From a virus (Duplodnaviria; Caudoviricetes): a stretch of 36,888 nucleotides of DNA. The number at the start of each line of letters is the position of its first letter. Position 1 is the stretch's first letter. Location of the stretch: positions 1 to 36,888 of the IMG/VR virus record IMGVR_UViG_3300044698_000184; one strand, 5' to 3'. The notes below the pieces were generated by a model that saw nothing but the letters and a program-made list of their open reading frames with translations, made no database searches and was not told where the DNA came from. This document shows positions 1 through 8,569 of the stretch, piece after piece. The translations under genes were made by a program, and so were the position numbers.

Positions 1-127
1 CGAAGACGTCACCGGATGCCAGGAGTGCGCATGACCACCATCGACGTCCACCGCACCCTCACCGCGCTCGATCTCGTCCAGTTCCTCGACGAACACGCAC
101 GACGGCAAGGCGTCGGACTCGACCAGG
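1..127. repeat. 127-bp direct terminal repeat (identical to 36762-36888); circular-assembly overlap
   Basis: Bases 1-127 equal 36762-36888. The ORF ending at 36795 couples via ATGA to the ORF at 31 across the junction. Confidence 0.97.
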
Positions 128-270
128 TCGAGATCGTCGGCCTCGAGATCGTCGACCGTCCCCGGCAGCCGACCCCACCTGGCGGCACCCCCTACATCGA
201 AGTGTGGGACGCCCGGCTGCACCTGCGCGTCAACTGCCCACCTGACTGCATCGCAGGATGGGACTGGTGA
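31..270 (+). CDS. hypothetical phage protein
   Basis: ATG at 31 after AGGAG, overlapping the upstream stop across the circular junction; high-GC codon pattern. Confidence 0.7.
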   Translation: MTTIDVHRTLTALDLVQFLDEHARRQGVGLDQVEIVGLEIVDRPRQPTPPGGTPYIEVWDARLHLRVNCPPDCIAGWDW

Positions 271-602
271 TGACCGCCGAACAGCTCACCCTCGACGCCG
301 CCGGCGAAGTCACCGTCGCCCCACGCCGCCGCACCGTCCGCGAGAAGTACCAGGCGTGGCTGAACACCAACCCGACCGGCCTGGCCGAGGTCGCCGCAGT
401 CACGCGCGCCATGTCGGCCCACAACGGCCGGGCCCCCACGATCGCGCAGGTCTTCGACGAACTACGCACACGGCGCATCACCGCAGGCCCCGAACTGCAC
501 TGGGACAACACGCTGCGCGCCCCCGTCGCGCGGGGCGTGATGCGCCGCTACCCCGACCTGGCCGGAACCTTCCCCACACGCCGATCCAAGGTCGACCCAT
601 GA
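270..602 (+). CDS. conserved-looking hypothetical phage protein
   Basis: Coupled TGATG start. The NP...ELR...DNTLRAPVAR..M..YPDL.G.F pattern resembles a recurrent small phage family (from memory). Confidence 0.7.
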   Translation: MTAEQLTLDAAGEVTVAPRRRTVREKYQAWLNTNPTGLAEVAAVTRAMSAHNGRAPTIAQVFDELRTRRITAGPELHWDNTLRAPVARGVMRRYPDLAGTFPTRRSKVDP

Positions 603-907
603 GCCCATTCGGCGACGGACCCCTCGACCTGCCCTACGAGGAGCAGGACGTCACGCCGCTCACCGACAACTTCGCCGTGTCCGGCGGGGCGGTCGTCATG
701 GCCGCCGTGATCAACGTGGCCGGCCGTCCCGAACCTGCCCTGGTGTTCCGGTTCGCCCGCGCAGACGACGACGGGTTCTTCCCGCCGGTCCTGCTGTGCG
801 TGGACGACGGACAGACCCACGAGTTCGGCGTCACCGTCACCGCAGCCGCCCGCACCGCCATCCGGCAGGCACGACAGGCCAGACGCGACATGAAGGACAC
901 CCCATGA
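599..907 (+). CDS. hypothetical protein
   Basis: ATGA overlaps at both ends (MSPFGDGP...). Confidence 0.7.
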   Translation: MSPFGDGPLDLPYEEQDVTPLTDNFAVSGGAVVMAAVINVAGRPEPALVFRFARADDDGFFPPVLLCVDDGQTHEFGVTVTAAARTAIRQARQARRDMKDTP

Positions 908-1230
908 CCACCTCGCAGCGCATCGAAGCCCAAGGCTGCCTCACCCGGATGTTCGTCCTGTGCGCTGCAGCCCTGATCTCACCATCGGACGTCGCCATCG
1001 TGGCGCTGGCAGCCCTGGCCCTGATCAACGCCGTGACCTACCCGTGGAGCAGCACCCGGATTTCGAAGACACCGAAGGTCGAACCGTCCGCGGATCTCCG
1101 GTCGGCGGCATCGGTCACTCGGCAGATGTTCGTCGCGCTCGTCGACGAGGGCTACAGCGAAGCCCAGGCGCTCACGCTCGTCCACGGGGTTCTCACGTCA
1201 GGGATCAAGCGCGGGAAGGGCCAGCCATGA
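904..1230 (+). CDS. putative membrane protein
   Basis: ATGA overlap; hydrophobic N-terminal half. Confidence 0.6.
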   Translation: MTTSQRIEAQGCLTRMFVLCAAALISPSDVAIVALAALALINAVTYPWSSTRISKTPKVEPSADLRSAASVTRQMFVALVDEGYSEAQALTLVHGVLTSGIKRGKGQP

Positions 1231-1424
1231 GCGACGAGAAGGTGAACACCGAAGCGGGCTGCCCTGCAGCCCGCTGCAACGGCCTGCTCGTGCTGGCCGC
1301 GTCCGGAGTCGACGCCAACGGCCGCCAGCTCGAGTACCTGACCTGCGACACGTGCAGCCGGTTCGTGGAACGCCAGGTCCCGCTCGACCATCCGGCCCTG
1401 CCCGGCCTGGAGGTCGACGCATGA
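1227..1424 (+). CDS. small Zn-ribbon-like protein
   Basis: ATGA overlap; CPAARC...CDTC motif. Confidence 0.6.
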   Translation: MSDEKVNTEAGCPAARCNGLLVLAASGVDANGRQLEYLTCDTCSRFVERQVPLDHPALPGLEVDA

Positions 1425-1461
1425 CCCCTGCGGTAACGCCAACAGCCAGGGAGGATCATCT

Positions 1462-1842
1462 ATGAGCGTGACCAGATACGACCCGCAGGGAGCCCGCCAA
1501 GTCCGTTGGCGGTTTGGTGAGGTCCGAACCCATGACCGCGACGGCCAGCCGTCGTTGGTGCCCGGGCTGCGCCTGTACCGCGTTCGGATCACGGTCGAGG
1601 AGGTCGAACAGCACGACGTTGCGGCGCTGGTCGCATGGCTGTCCGAGAACGTCGGCACGCCCTCGCGCTACGAGTGGATCCCAGGCGACGTCGGCTACGC
1701 CGTCCACGACTGCCCGGACTGCTGTTGTGTCGAGGACAACCGCCTGGTCGCCACGGTCACGCTCCCCGCGCCCTCGTGGCAGGAAGCCGAGCGTGCCTTC
1801 AGTAGATCGCCGGTGCGGCTCCCAGAACTGATCGCCGCATGA
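1462..1842 (+). CDS. hypothetical protein
   Basis: Strong GGGAGG RBS; 126 aa. Confidence 0.7.
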   Translation: MSVTRYDPQGARQVRWRFGEVRTHDRDGQPSLVPGLRLYRVRITVEEVEQHDVAALVAWLSENVGTPSRYEWIPGDVGYAVHDCPDCCCVEDNRLVATVTLPAPSWQEAERAFSRSPVRLPELIAA

Positions 1843-1876
1843 CCCCCGAGGTAGTGCCCAACAGCGGAGGGCCAGA

Positions 1877-2305
1877 ATGACCGACAGCGAACGCCACGAC
1901 CGTGTCATTGAGGCCGCCAACCTCCTACGCGAACACGGCTACGCCGTCGTGCCCGCCTACATGGCCGACCGTATGTATTCGGCCATTGACCAGTCCCACG
2001 AACTGTCCCGTAAGTCCTACGACGCGCACCTGCCGCTGCTGTGGGCCATGCAGGGCCTGGTCGATGCGGCCACCCGAGCCCTGGCCCCCTCACGCCCCGT
2101 GTGGCTACGTCGGGCGCGGTCGTTCCTGCACAACTACCACTGGACCGAGCAGATGCAGGTGTCCGGGTTCCCCACCGACAGGGACGGGTGGAAGGCACAC
2201 GCCCGCGCAGGGGAGTCGTGGAAGGCCGCCCGTGATCGCGTGCGGCCGAAGTACCGAGAGATGCTGAGAGGGCGGGACATGACCTCAGATAGGGACGGTT
2301 CCTAG
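1877..2305 (+). CDS. hypothetical protein
   Basis: GGAGG RBS; 142 aa. Confidence 0.7.
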   Translation: MTDSERHDRVIEAANLLREHGYAVVPAYMADRMYSAIDQSHELSRKSYDAHLPLLWAMQGLVDAATRALAPSRPVWLRRARSFLHNYHWTEQMQVSGFPTDRDGWKAHARAGESWKAARDRVRPKYREMLRGRDMTSDRDGS

Positions 2306-2518
2306 ATGGCTGAACACACGCACACGACCCGCGTCGTCGGCTGCCTCCGATGCGACAACGACCGACTCCGTGCCGCCCTGGTGGCCGCACGCGGCGAACT
2401 CGAAAAGTGGGGATGGGGCGACCACCACTACGGCGAAGCATGGCAGGAGCGACGTGTGGTGGATGCCATCGAGGACATCAACCGGGCACTCAACCCGCCA
2501 CCACAGATGGGAAGCTAG
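2306..2518 (+). CDS. hypothetical protein
   Basis: Abuts the upstream stop; CxxC followed by a helical segment. Confidence 0.6.
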   Translation: MAEHTHTTRVVGCLRCDNDRLRAALVAARGELEKWGWGDHHYGEAWQERRVVDAIEDINRALNPPPQMGS

Positions 2519-2521
2519 ATC

Positions 2522-2812
2522 ATGGCATCCAAGGACACTTCCGCCTCACGGATCGTGCAACTCCTCCTGCTGTGGCCCTTCACCATCGCGGTAGACGCCG
2601 TCGCCGCGTCCGCACTGTGGCGCTGGTTCGTCACCCCGCTCGGCGCACCCGAGATCACCCTGGCGCACGCCTACGGGCTAGCAACGCTCGTCGGATGGGC
2701 GACCTACCAGTTCATCCCTGACCGTGAACCCGTTGACATGGCCACCAGTTCCATCGGTGCAGGACTGGCCGCGCTTGGGATGGGATGGCTGGCCCTTCAG
2801 TTCATGACCTGA
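2522..2812 (+). CDS. membrane protein (about 3 TM)
   Basis: Hydrophobic segments; LWRWFVTPLG..EITLAHAYGL. Confidence 0.7.
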   Translation: MASKDTSASRIVQLLLLWPFTIAVDAVAASALWRWFVTPLGAPEITLAHAYGLATLVGWATYQFIPDREPVDMATSSIGAGLAALGMGWLALQFMT

Positions 2813-2848
2813 CCCGCTCTAGAACGCCGCATACCGAAGGGTAGACCC

Positions 2849-3031
2849 ATGGCACGACAGATCGCCGCTGCAGCCCTCGCCGCCCTGGTTCTTGCCGGCT
2901 GCGGCGGGGTCGCTCGCGGCCAACTCACCGAGAAGACCATCGAGCTCGAGGACGGCCGCACCATCACCTGCGTGACCTACCGGCCACCTGCGGGTGGCGG
3001 CCTCTCGTGCGACTGGAACACACCGAACTGA
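2849..3031 (+). CDS. small lipoprotein
   Basis: Signal peptide with LAGC lipobox; DGRTITCV...GGLSCDW. Confidence 0.75.
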   Translation: MARQIAAAALAALVLAGCGGVARGQLTEKTIELEDGRTITCVTYRPPAGGGLSCDWNTPN

Positions 3032-3046
3032 CCGAGGAGACACCAG

Positions 3047-3310
3047 ATGGTCCCGAACTTCCACGACGAGATGACGTTCCGCGACATCCTCGAGCCCGCG
3101 ATGGACATCGCCAAGCGGCGCGACAAGGCCGAGGCCGCACAGTTCATCGACGCCTACGCCGCCCACCTCATGCGCCGGAACCAGTGGGGCGCCGAGGAGG
3201 CACTTCGGGTCGTGCTCGAAAACCTCGGGTACATGGCGGGCTACTGCGGACCCGCTGCCATGGACGAGGTACGGGAGACGTTCGGTGCCCGGCACCCGGT
3301 CTTCGGCTGA
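3047..3310 (+). CDS. hypothetical protein
   Basis: GAGGAG RBS; NLGYMAGY...FGARHPVFG. Confidence 0.75.
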   Translation: MVPNFHDEMTFRDILEPAMDIAKRRDKAEAAQFIDAYAAHLMRRNQWGAEEALRVVLENLGYMAGYCGPAAMDEVRETFGARHPVFG

Positions 3311-3333
3311 GGCCGGGGCACAAGGAGGATTAC

Positions 3334-3585
3334 ATGACTGACGAGTTCCAGATCACCATGACGTGCGCTCGGACGCCCTACGCCACCATGACCGCGTCCA
3401 GCCGGGAACAGGCTGAGGCTTGCGCACGGTTGAAGGCGCGTGAGTGGGAGCGCAGAACGGGCGGTCCAGTTGAGGTGCAGGTCCAGATCCATCGACGGCA
3501 GGTGACTCCCTGGATCGAGGACGGCGAGGTCTACGAGTTCAGCACCACCGACCTGGATAGAGCCGACGCACCGACCGTCAAGTAA
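3334..3585 (+). CDS. hypothetical protein
   Basis: AAGGAGG RBS before ATG 3334. Confidence 0.7.
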   Translation: MTDEFQITMTCARTPYATMTASSREQAEACARLKAREWERRTGGPVEVQVQIHRRQVTPWIEDGEVYEFSTTDLDRADAPTVK

Positions 3586-3622
3586 CTGGCCTTCCACAAC
3601 CCCCACGACAAGGAGACGACGA

Positions 3623-3814
3623 TTGGCTGAGTACTGGATCCAGCTCGACATCGAGACCGACGCGGACATCACCACGGTCATCAAGACTGCGGCCGAGCTC
3701 GCACAGTTGGTCGGGTTCGACCATCACGTCGCCGGCGTATCCGTCAGCCGCTGGACCGACGACGGGGCCGTCGAGGAGACCGTGGACCCCGACCTCGTGC
3801 ACACCGCCGACTGA
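3623..3814 (+). CDS. small acidic hypothetical protein
   Basis: AAGGAG RBS, TTG start; fills the gap before WhiB. Confidence 0.6.
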   Translation: MAEYWIQLDIETDADITTVIKTAAELAQLVGFDHHVAGVSVSRWTDDGAVEETVDPDLVHTAD

Positions 3815-3820
3815 CCAGGA

Positions 3821-4093
3821 ATGACCATCGCCGCGAAGACCTCGAGCAGCAACGACACCGGGCCGGGCTCCTGGCTGGACGCCTTGTGCCGGCAGGGCGA
3901 CACCGACTGGTGGTTCTCGTTCGACGGCACCGAGCACCGCGACGCGGCCGTGGCGATCTGCCGGGCATGCCCTTGCCGGGTCGACTGTCTCGAATGGGCT
4001 CTCGAACACAACGAGCAGTACGGCATCTGGGGTGGCCTCACCGAACGGCAGCGCCGCACGATCCTCAGCCGCAAACACCGAGGGCAGCCGTGA
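3821..4093 (+). CDS. whiB: WhiB-family Fe-S transcriptional regulator
   Basis: Four Cys (C..CxxCPCxxxC) and the GIWGGLTERQR motif. Confidence 0.95.
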   Translation: MTIAAKTSSSNDTGPGSWLDALCRQGDTDWWFSFDGTEHRDAAVAICRACPCRVDCLEWALEHNEQYGIWGGLTERQRRTILSRKHRGQP

Positions 4094-4551
4094 TGGTCGA
4101 CGACGACCCGTTCTCCGACCCGGCCGTCATCGAGGCCCTGAAACGCATCGGGTCCAAGACTGCGACGGCGGCCCTGTGCCCCGGGTGTGTCCGCCGTGAC
4201 CTGCCCGACGGGGCGGACTGGTGCGAGGTCTGCGCCAAGGAACGCCGGCTCACGTCGAAGCGGGACTGGTGGGCCCGGCAGGGCGACTACCGGTGGCTGC
4301 TGTCCCAAGGCCACCGCCCCCGTGAGGCCGCAGCCCGATGGCTCGCCCACCGGCTCCGCAAAGGTCCGGTCCCTGCCGCCGACGTGAGACAGGACGCGTC
4401 CCGGCAGGGCATCGCACCCAAGACGTTGCGCCGCGCTCGCGAGCAACTGCAGGCCGAAAGCCGCCTGGTCGTGGACCGTGGCGGCCGGCTCGGCCGGGGA
4501 CGGTCACAGTGGCGGTCGACGGCCACCGCCGAACGGGAGGGTTCTTCGTGA
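4093..4551 (+). CDS. hypothetical Zn-finger/HTH-like protein
   Basis: TGATG coupling; CPGC...CEVC, then an A.RWL...L..GPVPA.DV...A...GI..KTLRRAR winged-helix-like tail. Confidence 0.6.
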   Translation: MVDDDPFSDPAVIEALKRIGSKTATAALCPGCVRRDLPDGADWCEVCAKERRLTSKRDWWARQGDYRWLLSQGHRPREAAARWLAHRLRKGPVPAADVRQDASRQGIAPKTLRRAREQLQAESRLVVDRGGRLGRGRSQWRSTATAEREGSS

Positions 4552-4601
4552 CCACCTGGGCACAAAGACGCGGCCGTCTAGCAGTCACCCACCATCGTGG
4601 C

Positions 4602-4943
4602 ATGGCCCTACGACACTGCCCCTCCTGCAGCGCCCTCCGCAACGGCGACCGCTGTACCGCCTGCGGATGGACCCACTCACGCCTGGCCGCCAACCGCAAG
4701 CCACGCACCCGCGCCGACCTCGGCACCAACGAATGGAAACGCCGGTCACGCAACGCCCGCGAACACCACGTCGCCACCCACGGCCTGTGGTGCCCCGGCT
4801 GGCCACCCGTACACCACCCGGCCCACAACGTCGACGACATCGGCATGCTTGCCCTGCACGAGCTCGACGGGCCCGGCTCACACCCCGACCGGTGCGTCGT
4901 CCTGTGCCAACACATCAACTCCTCCATCGGAGCGCCCACATGA
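4602..4943 (+). CDS. HNH-like endonuclease (degenerate), possibly packaging-associated
   Basis: N-terminal CxxC/CxxC, WCPGW...HP...LALHE...VVLCQHINSSIG; located just before the presumed cos; alternative GTG start at 4548. Confidence 0.6.
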   Translation: MALRHCPSCSALRNGDRCTACGWTHSRLAANRKPRTRADLGTNEWKRRSRNAREHHVATHGLWCPGWPPVHHPAHNVDDIGMLALHELDGPGSHPDRCVVLCQHINSSIGAPT

Positions 4944-5185
4944 ACACCTCAGCCCCGAGCGACCGCTTGCAGCCAGGCATGCGCGTCACGCTGTACACGA
5001 GCGATGCCACCTACCTGGGTGTGATCCTGAACCGCAGCGAAGTCGGCATCACCATCGAAGGCTGGCGCCGCCACGCCCCACCGTCAGACCCCAAGTTCGG
5101 CGCCTGGCCAATCCGATGGGACGACATCACAGGCCACGTCGTCGTTGAGGAACAGGTCACCGAGCCCGGAGAGTCGTTCTCATGA
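4940..5185 (+). CDS. small beta-rich protein, possibly Sm/SH3-like fold
   Basis: ATGA overlap; RVTLYT..YLGVILN....ITIE...IRWDDI pattern. Confidence 0.6.
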   Translation: MNTSAPSDRLQPGMRVTLYTSDATYLGVILNRSEVGITIEGWRRHAPPSDPKFGAWPIRWDDITGHVVVEEQVTEPGESFS

Positions 5186-5361
5186 GCAGGCTCATCCGGC
5201 TCGCACGCCGGATCATCCGCCCACGTGACAGACCATGGGCACGTCCTGTCATCGTCGTCTACGAGACAAGCCCCGCTGCTGGTAGCCGCCCGACCACGAT
5301 CCTCGAAGAGGAGCTGCTCGACACACCCCCCCGCCCCGTCGTTGGAGGTGCGCCCCAGTGA
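5182..5361 (+). CDS. 59-aa ORF carrying a copy of the TerL Walker B segment (PTTILEEEL)
   Basis: ATGA overlap with the upstream gene; translated by hand (below the ORF-track cutoff). Confidence 0.5.
   Translation: MSRLIRLARRIIRPRDRPWARPVIVVYETSPAAGSRPTTILEEELLDTPPRPVVGGAPQ
5288..5312 (+). repeat. 25-bp exact direct repeat shared with terL 7485-7509
   Basis: gcccgaccacgatcctcgaagagga occurs at both positions. Confidence 0.95.
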
Positions 5362-5449
5362 GCCCCTCCACGTCCACGATCGGCGCCGCCCCGGTAGGTC
5401 GATGCCGCGGGGCGTGTCCGTGCGTCTACGGGCATCCTGACGCGTCCAG

Positions 5450-5570
5450 CCAGGAGGGGAGGGGGGTCCAAAAGTTCAGAAGGGCGGCACCCCCGACCCT
5501 GCATCCCTCGCAACTGTGTCCGTTCCCGGTATTCGCGCGCCGTTTGCCCCGTGCGGGTTTTTTCGCGCAG
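5450..5570. other. probable cos/packaging initiation region
   Basis: G-run/AAAA (ggaggggaggggggtccaaaa) and T-run between HNH genes upstream of terS; strand composition switches from C/A-rich to G/T-rich here. Confidence 0.5.
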
Positions 5571-5638
5571 GGTCGGGCGCGGTCCGCTCGGGGTGAGGGC
5601 CCGGTCGCCGGCGGTGCGGTGGGGGTGGTGGTCGACCG

Positions 5639-6280
5639 ATGACCCGTCGTCCGGACGTCGTTGCCTGTCGTGACTGCGGGCGGAGCTTGCGCGTGTCGGC
5701 GACGGGTCCCCTTCCGGTTCGGTGCCACAACTGTCGCCAGAGGAAGTCCCGACGGAAGCGGCGGGCGGAGACGGTCGGGCCATGCCGCGTCTGCGCGGAT
5801 CCGATCCCGGTGGGTCGATCGAAGTACTGCAGCGCCGGATGCAGCCGGTGGGCCAACCAGCTGCTGCGGGACAACCCAAGCCGGTGGTCGGCGGTGTTCT
5901 GGCTGCCGTGCGATGAGTGCGGATCGTGGTTCGCGTCACCCTCGGCGTTGCGTCGCCTCTGCTCCGCCGCGTCATGCCGCAGGGCACGTGCGCGTGTTCA
6001 TGAGCGCCGCCGGCAGCGCGCCCCCAGACCAGCCACCTACACGACGTACACGCTGGACGAGGTCGGGGACCGTGACGGCTGGCGGTGCTATCTGTGTGGC
6101 CATTCTGTCGATCGGACCCGTCGTGGCCGGCACCGCCTGACCCCGACCGCTGATCACCTGATCCCGCTGTCCGAGGGGGGCGAGGACACGTTCGAGAACG
6201 TCGCGTTGGCCCACTACGGGTGCAACTCGGGGCGAGGCAAGCGACCGGTCGAGCATCCCCGGTTGAGTCTGGTGTCGTGA
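5639..6280 (+). CDS. HNH endonuclease with N-terminal Cys-rich Zn fingers
   Basis: RDGWRCYLCG...TADHLIPLSEGGEDTFENVALAHYGCNSGRG. Confidence 0.92.
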   Translation: MTRRPDVVACRDCGRSLRVSATGPLPVRCHNCRQRKSRRKRRAETVGPCRVCADPIPVGRSKYCSAGCSRWANQLLRDNPSRWSAVFWLPCDECGSWFASPSALRRLCSAASCRRARARVHERRRQRAPRPATYTTYTLDEVGDRDGWRCYLCGHSVDRTRRGRHRLTPTADHLIPLSEGGEDTFENVALAHYGCNSGRGKRPVEHPRLSLVS

Positions 6281-6281
6281 C

Positions 6282-6911
6282 ATGGGCCGCTATCCGAAAC
6301 CCAAGGATCAGGCTTCCGGCCATCGGACCAAGTCAGAGTTGGATGGACGGTCGACGTCGGTGACGTTGCCGGCCGCCGCCGGCGGGCTGGCGATGCCGGA
6401 GGAGCTGACCCGGCCGACGGGGCGCTGGTTGAAGAAGATCAAGGACGACTGGGCGATCATCTGGAACGTGGCCGAGTCGTCGATGCTGCGGCCGCATCAT
6501 GTGACCGCACTGCGCCGGCTGTACGACATGTACGACGAGCTCGAGCGGATGGAGCGGCTGGTCCGCAAGAAGAAGAAGATCGTGTCGCCGGTCGATGTCG
6601 ACGACGACGGCCATGCGATCTACGGCCGGATCGACATCCCTGGCCACCTGGAGATGGGGTCGCAGGGCCAGCTGGTCGAGTCGGTCGAGTCGAAGAAGGT
6701 GGACCGGCTGCGGCGTGAGGTCCGCCAGATGGAGGACCGGTTCGCCGGCACGCCGATGGCGCAGTTCCGGCTGGGGTGGCAGCAGGCCGCGATGCTGAAC
6801 GAGCAGGCACGGGCGGCGGAGGCGACCGCGATCGCACGCGCGGCCGCGGAGATCCGTGCAGGTCACGAGCAGCGGGAGGTCGAGGTCCTCGGCACCGAGC
6901 GTGACGAGTAG
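6282..6911 (+). CDS. terminase small subunit
   Basis: Directly upstream of TerL; MGRYPKP start and E.RFAGTP.AQFRL C-terminal motif like actinophage TerS. Confidence 0.8.
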   Translation: MGRYPKPKDQASGHRTKSELDGRSTSVTLPAAAGGLAMPEELTRPTGRWLKKIKDDWAIIWNVAESSMLRPHHVTALRRLYDMYDELERMERLVRKKKKIVSPVDVDDDGHAIYGRIDIPGHLEMGSQGQLVESVESKKVDRLRREVRQMEDRFAGTPMAQFRLGWQQAAMLNEQARAAEATAIARAAAEIRAGHEQREVEVLGTERDE

Positions 6912-8569
6912 TGGCTGCCACGGCGACTCTGGTTGATCTGCCGGCACCGTCGACTGGCGACTTCCATCCGATCTACTCGGGCCGGTGGACCCCGGAGCCG
7001 CTGCGCGACGACGGGTCCCGGTTTGCGACGATGGGATTCGCCGCGGCGGCGTGGATCAACGCGAACACGAAGATCCGGCTGGACCCGTGGCAGATCGAAC
7101 TGCTGCGCCGGGCGTTCCTGTACTACCCGGTGGTCGTCGACGGGGACCTGGTCGGGTTCGACTGGATGGTCCGCGACATCCTCGTGGTCGGCCCGGAGGG
7201 GCTCGGCAAGTCGGCATTCTTCGCCGGGATCGGACTGTGGCTGCTCGAAGGGCCGTGCCTACCTCCTGACGACCGGCCGGGCCCGCATCCGATGCCCGAC
7301 ATCCCGGTCGTGTCGGCGGCACTGTCGTTGACCCGCAACGTGCACCGGTTCGCCCGGTCGCACGTGAAGGACGGCCCCCTCGACGGGCGGGTCCAGGTGG
7401 AGAACACCAAGATCTTCCGGTCCGACGACGAGGCCCACCGGCTGTGGTTCCCGGCCGGGTCCGGCGCCTACCAGCAGGGCGGCGGCCCGACCACGATCCT
7501 CGAAGAGGAACTGCACGTCGCCAACGCCGCCGGCGTGAAAGTCGACGGCGTGGAGACCATCGAGGTGATCAGCTCCAAACGGTCGAAGAAGGCCTACCCG
7601 GGGGCGTTGAAAGTCCAGCGGTTCACGATCACCAACCCCGACGACGGCGACGAACACTCGCTGCTCGGCCGGCGGTGGCAGCATGCCGAACGGGTCCTGC
7701 GCGGCATCGTCGAGGACCCCGAACTGCTGGCGATCCACTTCCATGCGGCGCTGCCGTGGGATCTGGACGACCCGGCCGATCTGCGGCGCGGGCTGCTTCA
7801 GGCCATGCCGTCGTCGTTCGCCGACATCGAGGCGATCGCCGCGAAGTACGAGAAGGACCGCCAGTCGCCCGGCTGGTTCATGCGCTACTCGGGTGGGCTG
7901 TTCCACGCCGCCGACGACCAGGTGTTCGACGAGGGCGTGCTCGAGGCGCGTGCCGCCCATCCGCGCAAGCGCCGGCCACCCAAGAAGGGAACCGACCGGA
8001 TCGCGCTGGCGTTCGACGGGGCCCGCAACCGCGACTCGGTGTGCCTGTACGGGTTCACCGAGAAAGGGTTCGGGTGGACCCACAACAAGTGGGAACGCCC
8101 GGCAGGTGCCAAAGGGGAGGGGTGGCGGTACCCGAAGTTCCAGATCGCCCTTGCGGTCGAGGAGGCGATGGACGTCACCTACCCGACGGCCTATCTGGCG
8201 GTCGACCCGACGTGGTTCGAGGACTTCGTGCTGGACGGGTGGCACGACGAGAACGGCGACTTCCACGAACCGTGGGCGGAACGGTGGGCGGAACGGATCG
8301 TGCTGGACGTGCAGAAGGAAGGCTCGGAGGCGTGGACGGTGTACCGGCAGGACGTCATGGACGGGGCGATCACCCACGACGGCGACACTGACCTGTACCG
8401 GCACATGCGCAACGCCCGGGAGAAGCTGAACCGGTACGGCCGCCGGCCGGTGCTGACCAAGAAGTCGTTCGACGGCAAGCACCCGATCGACATCCTGGTC
8501 ACGGCCACGTATGCGAACCGGCTCCGCAAGAACCTGCCGGAACCGCCGCAGGACCCCGTTATCCGCTGA
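6911..8569 (+). CDS. terminase large subunit
   Basis: LDPWQ adenine-binding motif, Walker A GPEGLGKS, Walker B ILEEELH, ITN coupling motif, nuclease LAFDGARNRDS...PIDILV. Confidence 0.92.
   Translation: MAATATLVDLPAPSTGDFHPIYSGRWTPEPLRDDGSRFATMGFAAAAWINANTKIRLDPWQIELLRRAFLYYPVVVDGDLVGFDWMVRDILVVGPEGLGKSAFFAGIGLWLLEGPCLPPDDRPGPHPMPDIPVVSAALSLTRNVHRFARSHVKDGPLDGRVQVENTKIFRSDDEAHRLWFPAGSGAYQQGGGPTTILEEELHVANAAGVKVDGVETIEVISSKRSKKAYPGALKVQRFTITNPDDGDEHSLLGRRWQHAERVLRGIVEDPELLAIHFHAALPWDLDDPADLRRGLLQAMPSSFADIEAIAAKYEKDRQSPGWFMRYSGGLFHAADDQVFDEGVLEARAAHPRKRRPPKKGTDRIALAFDGARNRDSVCLYGFTEKGFGWTHNKWERPAGAKGEGWRYPKFQIALAVEEAMDVTYPTAYLAVDPTWFEDFVLDGWHDENGDFHEPWAERWAERIVLDVQKEGSEAWTVYRQDVMDGAITHDGDTDLYRHMRNAREKLNRYGRRPVLTKKSFDGKHPIDILVTATYANRLRKNLPEPPQDPVIR

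Noticed and set aside
1-127. Terminal direct repeat as a biological terminal repeat or att site
   Set aside because: The 127-bp length equals a common assembler k-mer and the repeat falls mid-gene; best explained as a circular overlap.
5358-5642. 94-aa ORF across the presumed cos region
   Set aside because: Overlaps at both ends are suggestive, but the composition is atypical with homopolymer runs; more likely a non-coding packaging site, so left uncalled.
5281-7519. Diversity-generating retroelement TR/VR pair
   Set aside because: No reverse transcriptase in the genome, the repeat is short, and mismatches are not confined to adenines of one copy.
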